Part shown: piece by piece, positions 49,442 to 60,586 of the stretch
Layout of the letters: every line of letters starts with the position of its first letter
How positions within the stretch are numbered: the first letter of the stretch is position 1
Notes under the pieces: model-generated
The model's input: the letters and a program-made list of their open reading frames with translations, nothing else
The model's database searches: none
What the model was told of the DNA's origin: nothing
NCBI GenBank assembly: GCA_963693365.1
Contig: CAVNZM010000003.1
Location: 13,610,914-13,674,913 of the forward strand
Source: Amoebidium appalachense
Taxonomy: Eukaryota; Protista; Ichthyosporea
DNA: 64,000 nt
Direction: 5' to 3'
Made by a program: the position numbers and the translations under genes

Positions 49442-50527
49442 ATGGACCACGCACCCACACACCTGGTTGTCATGCAGCACGTCGGTGACTTTGTGCAGGG
49501 CCAGCAGGAGCCTGCACCTGTGCAGATGAAGGCCATGCTCTCACCGCCCATCGGGTTCATGCAGAACACGTCGTTGGGTGCCCGTTGGGTGAGCACCATG
49601 ACGTCGGCCAACACCTTCTACTACCCCTTCCCTCGTGACAAGTGCTACGTCAACATTGCCCTGCGACCGGTCGACCCCGGCTCCCCGGGCGGGTGGGGGC
49701 CCAGCATGGAGCACAGACGCATACCCCTGGAGCCCCTCCCTGCGGACGTGCCGGAATCGTCGTTGTCGACCTTTAAGCAGATACCCCTGTACGAGTTTGG
49801 GGTGGACCCTAGGGGGGAGTACGTCGGCCGTGGGTCCAGAAAACTGTGCGCGGATGACTCTGAGGCGTATGAACTAGACGACGAGAACATCGTGGGCACG
49901 CTCGTGGCTGCCTGGTTGGACTACGCCTTGAAGGAAGTATACCACCCGAATCTACCCGACGCCATCAAGGACGAGATTGTGAACGACGTGGACACGTTGG
50001 GGTTGGGGTGTCACCAAGTAGCCAGCCGTATCACGCTGTTCAATGCGAACGAGTTTTACCGGGTGGTCATGTGGTTCGACAGCCCGTTCATGGCTGCAGC
50101 GGCCGGCATGCCCCTCGACGGCCAGCTGGCCGCCTCTAAGGCAGAGGGAGAGGTCATGGCCCCCAACATACCGGCATTCCCCAGCCACTTTTTCCTTGAG
50201 CTGCACGGGGTGAATTCGGAGTCGTCGGTGAGCGTGGCCAACGCCGACGTCAAGGTCCAGTCGTCCTATCCGAGCAAGGACATTCTGGCCGTCATACCCA
50301 CCTTCCCGCAGTACGCCCTCCCCCTCTTTGACAACGGGGCCGTCGTCGAGCTGCCTCTGGACGTCAGCACGCACATCAACTCGCTCAGCATCAAGCTGGT
50401 CAGCTGCTACGGGGACGTGGTGGGGCTGAGGGGGGACATGACGGTTTTATTGTGCCTCCGGCGAATCCCGAGCCCCACGGGGGTCACGGCGATCCGGCCC
50501 ATGGCCAAACCCCAACGGTTCGGCTAG
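49442..50527 (+). CDS. Minor capsid (penton-like, single jelly-roll) protein of Polinton-like-virus type
   Basis: C-terminal pattern DILAVIP...INSLSIKLVSCYGDVVGLRGDMTVLLCLRR resembles the Polinton/PLV penton signature; the length fits. Confidence 0.7.
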   Translation: MDHAPTHLVVMQHVGDFVQGQQEPAPVQMKAMLSPPIGFMQNTSLGARWVSTMTSANTFYYPFPRDKCYVNIALRPVDPGSPGGWGPSMEHRRIPLEPLPADVPESSLSTFKQIPLYEFGVDPRGEYVGRGSRKLCADDSEAYELDDENIVGTLVAAWLDYALKEVYHPNLPDAIKDEIVNDVDTLGLGCHQVASRITLFNANEFYRVVMWFDSPFMAAAAGMPLDGQLAASKAEGEVMAPNIPAFPSHFFLELHGVNSESSVSVANADVKVQSSYPSKDILAVIPTFPQYALPLFDNGAVVELPLDVSTHINSLSIKLVSCYGDVVGLRGDMTVLLCLRRIPSPTGVTAIRPMAKPQRFG

Positions 50528-50583
50528 CGTCACGGTGGCTATATTTTGACATACAACGGTTAACAGGAGCCTTACAAACAAAC

Positions 50584-50829
50584 ATGGATTTTCGAGGGGT
50601 GGGGCACGTCAACGACTCCGAGTACTGGCGGCCGGCACTGCCGGACCGCACGGCCACACCACGCAGCCACACCGTCATCGTCCACCCCAACGAGGCCTGG
50701 GACAGGTTCCGGACGGTCATGGACATTGGTCGTGCCGCCCAGGGCATTGCCTACGCCGGCAGCAACATCAACTACCTGCAGAGGTCTTTCCGGGCCGGTC
50801 GGTCGGGCGGTGGCCGATCCTATTTTTAG
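50584..50829 (+). CDS. Small hypothetical protein (81 aa)
   Basis: AAACATGG start; its stop overlaps the stop of the convergent gene. Confidence 0.55.
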   Translation: MDFRGVGHVNDSEYWRPALPDRTATPRSHTVIVHPNEAWDRFRTVMDIGRAAQGIAYAGSNINYLQRSFRAGRSGGGRSYF

Positions 50830-51116
50830 ATGTTGGTCTCCCCCTCCTGCTTCTGTATGTGGGCCAGCATGCGGGCGTCGAGCTCGGCCTCGTATTCCAG
50901 CACCTTCCTCAGCTCCTCCTGCCGGTCGACCGGCACCCTCTTCTTCAGCCTCAGGAATTTTTTTTCGATTTTGTTTTCGGGCTTCTTCCCGACCTTGTCG
51001 GCCGTGTCGAACTGTTTGTCCGTGCCGTGTCGTATGTAGAACTCGAGGTAGTCGTCGAACGTAAACGGTGACGAGTACGCCGACGGCAGGTTTTTCGTGC
51101 TCCTCGGGGTAGACAT
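50826..51116 (-). CDS. Small charged helical hypothetical protein (96 aa)
   Basis: GC3-biased codons and tight packing. Confidence 0.65.
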   Translation of the reverse strand: MSTPRSTKNLPSAYSSPFTFDDYLEFYIRHGTDKQFDTADKVGKKPENKIEKKFLRLKKRVPVDRQEELRKVLEYEAELDARMLAHIQKQEGETNI

Positions 51117-51172
51117 GTCCGTGCACCGGTAGCTTGCTACTAGTGGGGGCACACGAATTTTTCCTTCCTACG

Positions 51173-51778
51173 TCACCACGAAATGAGGCTGGCGATGTGG
51201 TCGCTGTAGCTGCGCTGGGGAGGGGGTGCTGCTGCAGGAGGGTGGTACGGACCGTAGCCCATGCCCGTGTGGGGGGCACTGTGGCGTGTCTGTGGAGGTG
51301 CGTACCCGCCCGGTGCACCCATGGGGTGTGGTACCGGCGGGGGCATGTAGTACTGGTAGTAGGGGTTGCCGTGCGGGTCCGAGTCGTCATAGCCACCATC
51401 GCTGTCCCCTTCCTCGAAAGCCACCCTCGTCATGGGCTTCCGTGGTGACTTCTTCTGCCTTGGCCGGGGTGCTTTTGGGGGTTGTGCCGGTGCTTCTGCT
51501 TTTGCCGGCGGGGGGCCGGGCGGGCGGGTCTCCAGCACCTGCAGCTTCTGCTCGAGGTCACGGATGTAGTCCTTGTTTCGCCGCATGCGTTCCACCCTGG
51601 TGCTCCGGCCCTTCTCCAGGGCCTCCAGCTGCCGGGCCGTGGGCTGCCGTCTCGCCTTGGCCACGTGGCCGGCGTCCAACACCATGGGCTCCACACCCAT
51701 GCCGGTGGCGCCGTTGGACACCGGTTGGTGGACTTCGCCGTCAGACACGCGCTCGATTTGGTTGTCTTCGGCCGACAT
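51173..51778 (-). CDS. Hypothetical protein with a basic coiled-coil motif
   Basis: RRQPTARQLEALEKGRSTR resembles a T..QLEAL.KGR..R motif I associate with PLV/large-DNA-virus ORFans; Pro/Tyr-rich tail. Confidence 0.7.
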   Translation of the reverse strand: MSAEDNQIERVSDGEVHQPVSNGATGMGVEPMVLDAGHVAKARRQPTARQLEALEKGRSTRVERMRRNKDYIRDLEQKLQVLETRPPGPPPAKAEAPAQPPKAPRPRQKKSPRKPMTRVAFEEGDSDGGYDDSDPHGNPYYQYYMPPPVPHPMGAPGGYAPPQTRHSAPHTGMGYGPYHPPAAAPPPQRSYSDHIASLISW

Positions 51779-51794
51779 GGTTGGTTACCAGTAC

Positions 51795-51847
51795 GCACAC
51801 ATTTTTTTACCGACGTTGGACGGTGCCAACGTCCAAAAAATGTGTGC
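51795..51847. promoter_or_regulatory. Palindromic, probably bidirectional promoter or hairpin
   Basis: GCACACATTTTTT..GACGTTGG-ACGGTG-CCAACGTC.AAAAAATGTGTGC lies between the divergent ATGs at 51778 and 51872. Confidence 0.65.
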
Positions 51848-51871
51848 TGTATTACAGACACGGCAACCGAC

Positions 51872-52072
51872 ATGGCCAACCCGACGACCAAGGCGGTATC
51901 CGACACGGACGCCGAACCATGGCAGCACGCGTGCGACTACTGTGGGCACCGGTTCAAGTGCGCCACCCAGGAGGAGGGGCCGGGCTACGACTTTGACTGT
52001 GGGTGCATCAGCAATCTCCCCCCCCCTCGTAACCCCACCGAAGACCTCGTCGATGGGTTGGCACTGGTTTAG
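51872..52072 (+). CDS. Small Cys-rich (CxxC...CxC) protein, possibly truncated by the adjacent repeat
   Basis: MANPTT...CDYCGHRFKC...CGC. Confidence 0.5.
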   Translation: MANPTTKAVSDTDAEPWQHACDYCGHRFKCATQEEGPGYDFDCGCISNLPPPRNPTEDLVDGLALV

Positions 52073-52251
52073 GACTGTCTAATGGATGGGTTTACGCTAT
52101 ATGAAGGAAAAACTGCCAAACCCGTCGACGACGTCGTAGACCGTCGGCGGAGTGGTTTACGACCCCTTTAGGGATGACCGACAGTATTGGGACAGCCCAA
52201 TGTATAACCCTAACCACACCTATGGATGGGTTTACAGCAACCACAACTTTC

Positions 52252-54290
52252 GTGGTACTCCTAACCCCATACATTGGATGTACACTGGATGTCGTGCACA
52301 CCTCCGGATTACGACATCATAAGATGGTCTTGCTGCACCCCCTCGGAAGACTGTCTTACGACGTCGGAAATAACTGTCGAATGGATGGGTTTACAATATC
52401 CATATGAATGTCCTCGACAACCATTAGTTGTCGTAAACCCCACCTGAGTACGACATCGTAACATGCTCTTACGACACCCCACGTGAGACTGTCAATAGAC
52501 GTCTGAAACCCCGCCGGATGGATTGGTTTACAGTATCCATTTGAAGGTCCACGATACACTGTGTATGTCGTAAACACCTGCACATTACGACATCGTAAGA
52601 TGATATTATGGTGGTACTCCTAACCCCATACATTGGATGTACACTGGATGTCGTGCACACCTCCGGATTACACCATCATAAGATGGTCTTGCTGCACCCC
52701 TCGGACGACTGTCTTACGACGTCGGAAATACCTGTCGTATGGATGGGTTTACAATATCCATATGAATGTCCTCGACAACCATTAGTTGTCGTAAACCCCA
52801 CCTGAGTCAGACATAGTAACATGCTGTTACGACACCCCACGTGAGACTGTCACTAGACGTCTGAAACCCCGCCGGATGGAGTGGTTTACAGTATCCATTT
52901 GAAGGTCCACGATACACTGTGTATGTCGTAAAGACCTGCACATTACGACATCGTAAGATGATATTATGGTGGTACTCCTAACCCCATACATTGGATGTAC
53001 ACTGGATGTCGTGCACACCTCCGGATTACGACATCATAAGATGGTCTTGCTGCACCCCCTCGGACGACTGTCTTACGACGTCGGAAATAACTGTCGAATG
53101 GATGGGTTTACAATATCCATATGAATGTCCTCGACAACCATTAGTTGTCGTAATCCCCACCTGAGTACGACATCGTAACATGCACTTACGACACCCCACG
53201 TGAGACTGTCACTAGACGTCTGAAACCCCGCCGGATGGATTGGTTTACAGTATCCATTTGAAGGTCCACGATACACTGTGTATGTCGTAAAGACCTGCAC
53301 ATTACGACATCGTAAGATGATATTATGGTGGTACTCCTAACCCCATACATTGGATGTACACTGGATGTCGTGCACACCTCCGGATTACGACATCATAAGA
53401 TGGTCTTGCTGCACCCCCTCGGACGACTGTCTTACGACGTCGGAAATAACTGTCGAATGGATGGGTTTACAATATCCATATGAATGTCCTCGACAACCAT
53501 TAGTTGTCGTAAACCCCACCTGAGTACGACATCGTAACATGCTCTTACGACACCCCACGTGAGACTGTCAATAGACGTCTGAAACCCCGCCGGATGGATT
53601 GGTTTACAGTATCCATTTGAAGGTCCACGATACACTGTGTATGTCGTAAACACCTGCACATTACGACATCGTAAGATGATATTATGGTGGTACTCCTAAC
53701 CCCATACATTGGATGTACACTGTATGTCGTGCACACCTCCGGATTACGACATCATAAGATGGTCTTGCTGCACCCCCTCGGAAGACTGTCTTAAGACATC
53801 GGAATCAACTGTCGAATGGATGGGTTTACAATATCCATATGAGTGTCCTCGACAACCATTAGTTGTCGTAAACCCCCCCAGTATACGACCTCGTAACATG
53901 CTCTTGCGACACCCAACGTGAGACTGTCAATAGACGTCTGAAACCCCCCGGATGGATTGGTTTACAGTATCCATTTGAAGGTCCACGATACACTGTGTAT
54001 GTCGTAAACACCTGCACATTACGACATCGTAAGATGATATTATGGTGGTACTCCTAACCCCATACATTGGATGTACACTGTATGTCGTGCACACCTCCGG
54101 ATTACGACATCATAAGATGGTCTTGCTGCACCCCCTCGGAAGACTGTCTTAAGACATCGGAAACAACTGTCGAATGGATGGGTGTACAATATCCATATGA
54201 ATGTCCTCGACAACCATTAGTTGTCGTAAAGACGTCTGAAAACCCCGCCTGATGGATGGGTTTACCGTATCGATAGGAAGGTCATGGCAG
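52252..54290 (+). repeat. 359-bp tandem array, approx. 5.5 highly similar units
   Basis: GTGGTACTCCTAACCCCATACATTGG at approx. 52252, 52611, 52969, 53328, 53687 and 54045. Confidence 0.97.
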
Positions 54291-54639
54291 GCCATGTTGA
54301 AATCACATAAATTAGCACTGGTAGTAAAAAACCAAGCTGAGTGTACATTTTAATTGAGCATCTGGAGGGGCTGCTGTATAGCTATATGATACCACTATCA
54401 TTAGGCAGATATGTGTAATATAGGTGTTAATAATTTTCTTGTAAAATTGTAAATAATAACTGGTGGCACGGCCTTCTGGACACATATAACCGTTATGGAT
54501 GTTTTATGGGGGTTTCGTGGGAATGCTGGCATACTTGAAAGAGACTGAATACATAAGAGAACGAATCGGATGCTGAGGGGGTACAACAACTAGCAGAGTT
54601 TGTGGGTGCCTGGAACGGCACTGATTATAGTAGGGATAA

Positions 54640-54930
54640 TTAGACCCCCCACACAGAGAACTGCCTAATGCAAAGCTTGGTTGTGCTCCCAACAATCCCC
54701 TGCACGTTATTAACTGTTGAATCTCCCCCTTTTCCCTATGTATTATAGCGCATTTTGCCTAATATGGATGTACAACGGTTAATAACTTTCCCCACAGAAA
54801 TGGGGAGACAGTCCGACCGGTTTTGTTAGACCGAAAGTTCTGCCATCGTTACGTGTAGGATCTATACACCTAGACACGTGCAGGGGGGGGGGGGGGTCGT
54901 AGTGGGAAGGAGGGAAAACAGGGGGGGGGG

Positions 54931-54991
<61 letters not shown>

Positions 54992-55042
54992 CGGCAGACA
55001 CGTACGTTCTGTAACGCTCCTTCATCTCGTTGAGTGAGTCCT
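54640..55042 (-). repeat. Right-arm inverted copies of 34115-34305 and 25635-25838
   Basis: Reverse-complement matches, e.g. GTAGGATCTATACACCTAGACACGTGCAG and CAACAATCCCCTGCACGTTATTAAC. Confidence 0.9.
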
Positions 55043-55134
55043 TTTTTATAATGTATTTCCGTTTATATATTTACACATAATCGCCACATGCATTTACCGG
55101 TGCGCCATGATAAACACATGGCCGGCTTATCATT

Positions 55135-56440
<1,306 letters not shown>

Positions 56441-57800
56441 ACCCCTTGTAGCATAGAACCCCCCTTGTAGCATAGTATATGTACATATGTTACCTAGACA
56501 TTATTGGGTTTTCAATAACTACCCACAGAACAGCCTCTAGCACGAGAAATTTACCACAAAGTTTATGGGGGGGATGGTAAATGTGCCCCTGGAGTACGAG
56601 GGTCACACGAAAAAAGCACAACGTTGTAGCTCGTATAGAACCCCCCTTGTAGCATAGTATATGTCCATGTGTTACCTCAGTAGACATTTTTGGTTTTTTC
56701 AATAACTACCAACAGAACAGCCTCTAGCACGAGAAATTTACCACAAAGTTTATGGGGGGGATGGTAAATGTGCCCCTGGAGTACGAGGGTCACACGAAAA
56801 AAACACAACGTTGTAGCTCGAATAGAACCCCCCTTGTAGCATAGTATATGTACATGTGTTGCTTACACATTAAGTTGGTTTTTTCAATAACTACGCACAG
56901 AACAGCTTCTAGCACGAGAAATGTACCACACAGTTTATGGGGGGGATGGGGAATGTGCCCCTGGAGTACGAGGGTCACACAAAAAAAACCACAACGTTGT
57001 AGCTCGTATAGAACCCCCCTTGTAGCATAGAATATGTACATATGTTACCTAGACATTATTGGTTTTTCAATAACTACCCACAGAATAGCCTCTAGCACGA
57101 GACATTTACCACAAAGTTTGTGGGGGGGATGGTGAATGTGCCCCTGGAGTACGAGGGTCACACGAAAAAAACACAAAGTTGTAGCTCGTATAGAACCCCC
57201 CTTGTAGCATAGTATATGTCCATGTGTTACCTAGACATTTTTGGTTTTTTCAATAACTACCCACAGAACAGCTTCTAGCACGAGAAATTTACCACACAGT
57301 TTGGGGAATGTGCCGCTGGAGTACGAGGGTCACACGAAAAAAACACAACGTTGTAGCTCGAATAGAACCCCCCTTGTAGCATAGTATATGTACATGCGTT
57401 GCTTACACATTATTGGTTTTTTCAATAACTACCCACAGAACAGCTTCTAGCACGAGAAAGTTACCACACAGTTTATGGGGGGGATGGGGAATGTGCCCCT
57501 GGAGTGCGAGGGTCACACGAAAAAAACACACGTTGTAGCTCGTATAGAACCCCCGTTGTAGCATAGTATATGTACATATGTTACTTGCACATTATTGGTT
57601 TTTTCAATAACTACCCACAGAACAGCTTCTGGCACGAGAAATTTACCACAAAGTTTATGGGGGGGATGGTGAGTGTGCCTCTGGAGTACGAGGGTCACCC
57701 GAAAAAAACACAACATTGTAGCCCGGATTGAAACCCCCTTTGTACCATATACATCATATATCATGCAGCATGTGTTACTTTCGCGTTATTGGTTTCCTAG
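56441..57800 (-). repeat. Approx. 183-bp satellite, approx. 7.5 units, inverted relative to 23404-25545
   Basis: GTGCCCCTGGAGTACGAGGGTCACACGAAAAAA is the reverse complement of the left-arm unit. Confidence 0.97.
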
Positions 57801-57887
57801 CACGAGATATTCAGCACACAGTTGGGGTTGTGGGGGCAGTGTACACCTACAATATCAGGGGTACCGCGTGGCAAAAACACCCCCCCA

Positions 57888-57923
<36 letters not shown>

Positions 57924-59027
57924 CACGCGTGCGATGGTGCACTAGTTATTACGTCAACTAGGCAGGGTATAGCATCAACGTTATTATATGTGCTGCTGAG
58001 TTTCTTTGGTTGTACACCCGTCACCAGTCAATTTATTGGTGTTGGCGCCCACCTATGACACCACCTCGGAAGACTGGGGTCACGTGGAGGACACCTAACT
58101 ATAGTCTGATAGTTGTGACTAAGGGCACCGCTAAGGGCACCAAGCTGATGCACGCGCGCGCGCGAGCCGAAATCTATTTTTATCTTTTCCCTAATCAGGC
58201 GCGGCGGTTACTAAACCGAACTATAGCAAATAGCAAATAGTGATTGGCTAAACCCAATCCGGTTTGCAATTTTTTGTCCGTTTAAGCCTGTACGCACGTT
58301 GTTTGTTCCATTTCTTTTCCCCCTTCCCGCAGGTCCGCAGTTCCGCAGGTCCCTTCCCGCAGGTCGCCTGGTCGCAGTTCCCTTCCCGCAGGTCGCCTGG
58401 TCACAGGTCCCCTCCGCAGGTGGCGCAGCCACCGTGCTGAATGGTTTCGACCATGCTGCATGCTGAAGCATCTTCGCCTAACGGCTGAAAGGCCGTTTGA
58501 AGGTTAGTTTTGTGTTGCCTGCTTTTGTGCATATGGTGTTTGTCTGTCTGGTCTGTGTCCGTGCCTGTGATTATATCTGTGTCTGTGTCTGTGTCTGTGT
58601 GCGTGTGTGTGTATGTGTGTGTGTGTGCGTGCGTGTGCGTGTGTTCTGCTGGCTGCAGATGCACGTTGCCTTTTCACGTTCATGAACCAGCGACTGTGGG
58701 CACTACTTTTCCTGTTAGCACTATAGCTATCATCCCCTCCACCAGTCGTTCAAGCTATTTTCTGCTTCTCTAGACTTCATAAGTTTGTGCTTTTGTCTTT
58801 CAGCACAACGTACGCGTGTTTCACATGTTAGCATTTAGTGTTATTCATTCATTCTAACCCCCCCCCCCCCCCCCCCAAACACACACACACACTCACTCAC
58901 TCACTTCCCCACCCACACATACAAAAAAACACACACACACCAAAAGCCCCTCCCATCCCCCCCCCCTCCCCCCCCCTCCCCCCCCCTTCCAAAAAACTGT
59001 CAAATGCCTCCATGCCCACCAACACAG

Positions 59028-59920
59028 ATGTTCCAGGTTGCCCCTGTCAATGCCGCCGACCCCGACAAGTTGGCAGACCACGTTAGGTGCCGCAAGAAGA
59101 CGTGGGAGGGGTGGTTGGTGGAGGTTTAAGTTGAGTGCAACAACCATCCCTGTGGCCGCATGTACAGCGTCGATCCGGTGAGGGGCAACCCATGGGGCAA
59201 CCCCGCCCTTCACCGCATCATGTGCATGTCCCCCATCAACGGCTCCTACATCAAGAACCGCCTCAGCAGCTTCAAGACACTAAACGTTTGTGCCCATTCC
59301 CCCCCCCCCCCCCCCCCCACACACACACACCACACCCCAATCAAAGACGAAATCTTCTCATGCTGCTTTTTTTAACATGCTTATTCATGTTTAATGTTGT
59401 TGTTCTTCCTTATTGGTTCATTCTTAATGCACTGTGACCCCCCCCCCCCCCCCCCACACACACACACTCACTCCCACTCCCTCCCTCCCACCTCCCCCTG
59501 TTGTCCCACGTACGAATCACCAACACATAACCACACAAGACATCAAATCCTTATCACTCAGAGAAACGGTACATGCATGGTTATCCAGTATCCATTCAGC
59601 TTCCCACTTCCTCAAGTCATTTCAGATTTTTCATTGTCGAATTCGGTTTTATTTGCTGCTAATGGAGAATACCCCCTTTCCTCATCACCACATACACACA
59701 TGCTTACGTGTACGTACACGCAACACACACACCAACACCCACACAGGAGTTTCAAAAGGCGTTGCCCGAGCTCTTCAGCTTCATGCTCCACACATTTGAG
59801 TGCGGACTGCGGGATCCAATGGCCCACAAGTCTGCCACTCAGATTTCGTGGTCAGCTGTGAAGTATGGAGCTGACATGCCTGACTACGAGGGTGGTGCTC
59901 GGCCATCAGAGATCAGCAAG
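59028..59920 (+). pseudogene. Exon fragments of an unidentified spliced gene
   Basis: AG/GT-bounded GC3-rich segments at approx. 59028-59285 (one in-frame TAA) and 59747-59920, separated by poly-C/CA-rich intron-like DNA. Confidence 0.4.
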
Positions 59921-60447
59921 GTAAACAACTACCCCCCCCCCCCCCCCTTGCGTCCTCCCTGAGGATGGGCTCTGCTTATGACGCATACTGTGCACATGGC
60001 TGATGTTGCGTGCTTGAATGTTTGCCTTTGCATGTGTCCTGCACCATGCTTCTCATCGTGTATGCGTATTTCGTACCGTATTCTGCATTCAACCCCCCCC
60101 CCCCCCCCCCCCCCCCCCATCATTGTGTTTTAGCTCCCGTCCGAAAGACAACGTATGGATATCGAAATGATGATATTGATAAGTCGTATGTATGGGTTAC
60201 GTATCATCGTAGTGTTTTAGGATATCTCCTAAGCATGGGCAAGTATCATCGGGGTTTACGCTGTTTACTCGAGGCAAAGAGAACCAGTCTCAGGTATGGG
60301 GGGGGGGGGGGTTTGCTCGGAATATCCCCTCAGCGGTATATCATGATCACGTACATAGATGTCGGGTGGTGACTATATATCAGGGTTTACTTTCTCTACG
60401 AGACACCATAAAGACTACAAGGAGAAATCAATTAGTTGGGGTTCCCC

Positions 60448-60448
<1 letters not shown>

Positions 60449-60499
<51 letters not shown>

Positions 60500-60531
60500 G
60501 GGCTCCCCTCGGGACACTCGGTATCAGCTGG

Positions 60532-60586
<55 letters not shown>

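Noticed and set aside
57850-57960. CACTA-like right terminus (...ACCGCGTG or GCACTAG)
   Set aside because: There is no matching left terminus or TSD in the window, so the end cannot be fixed.
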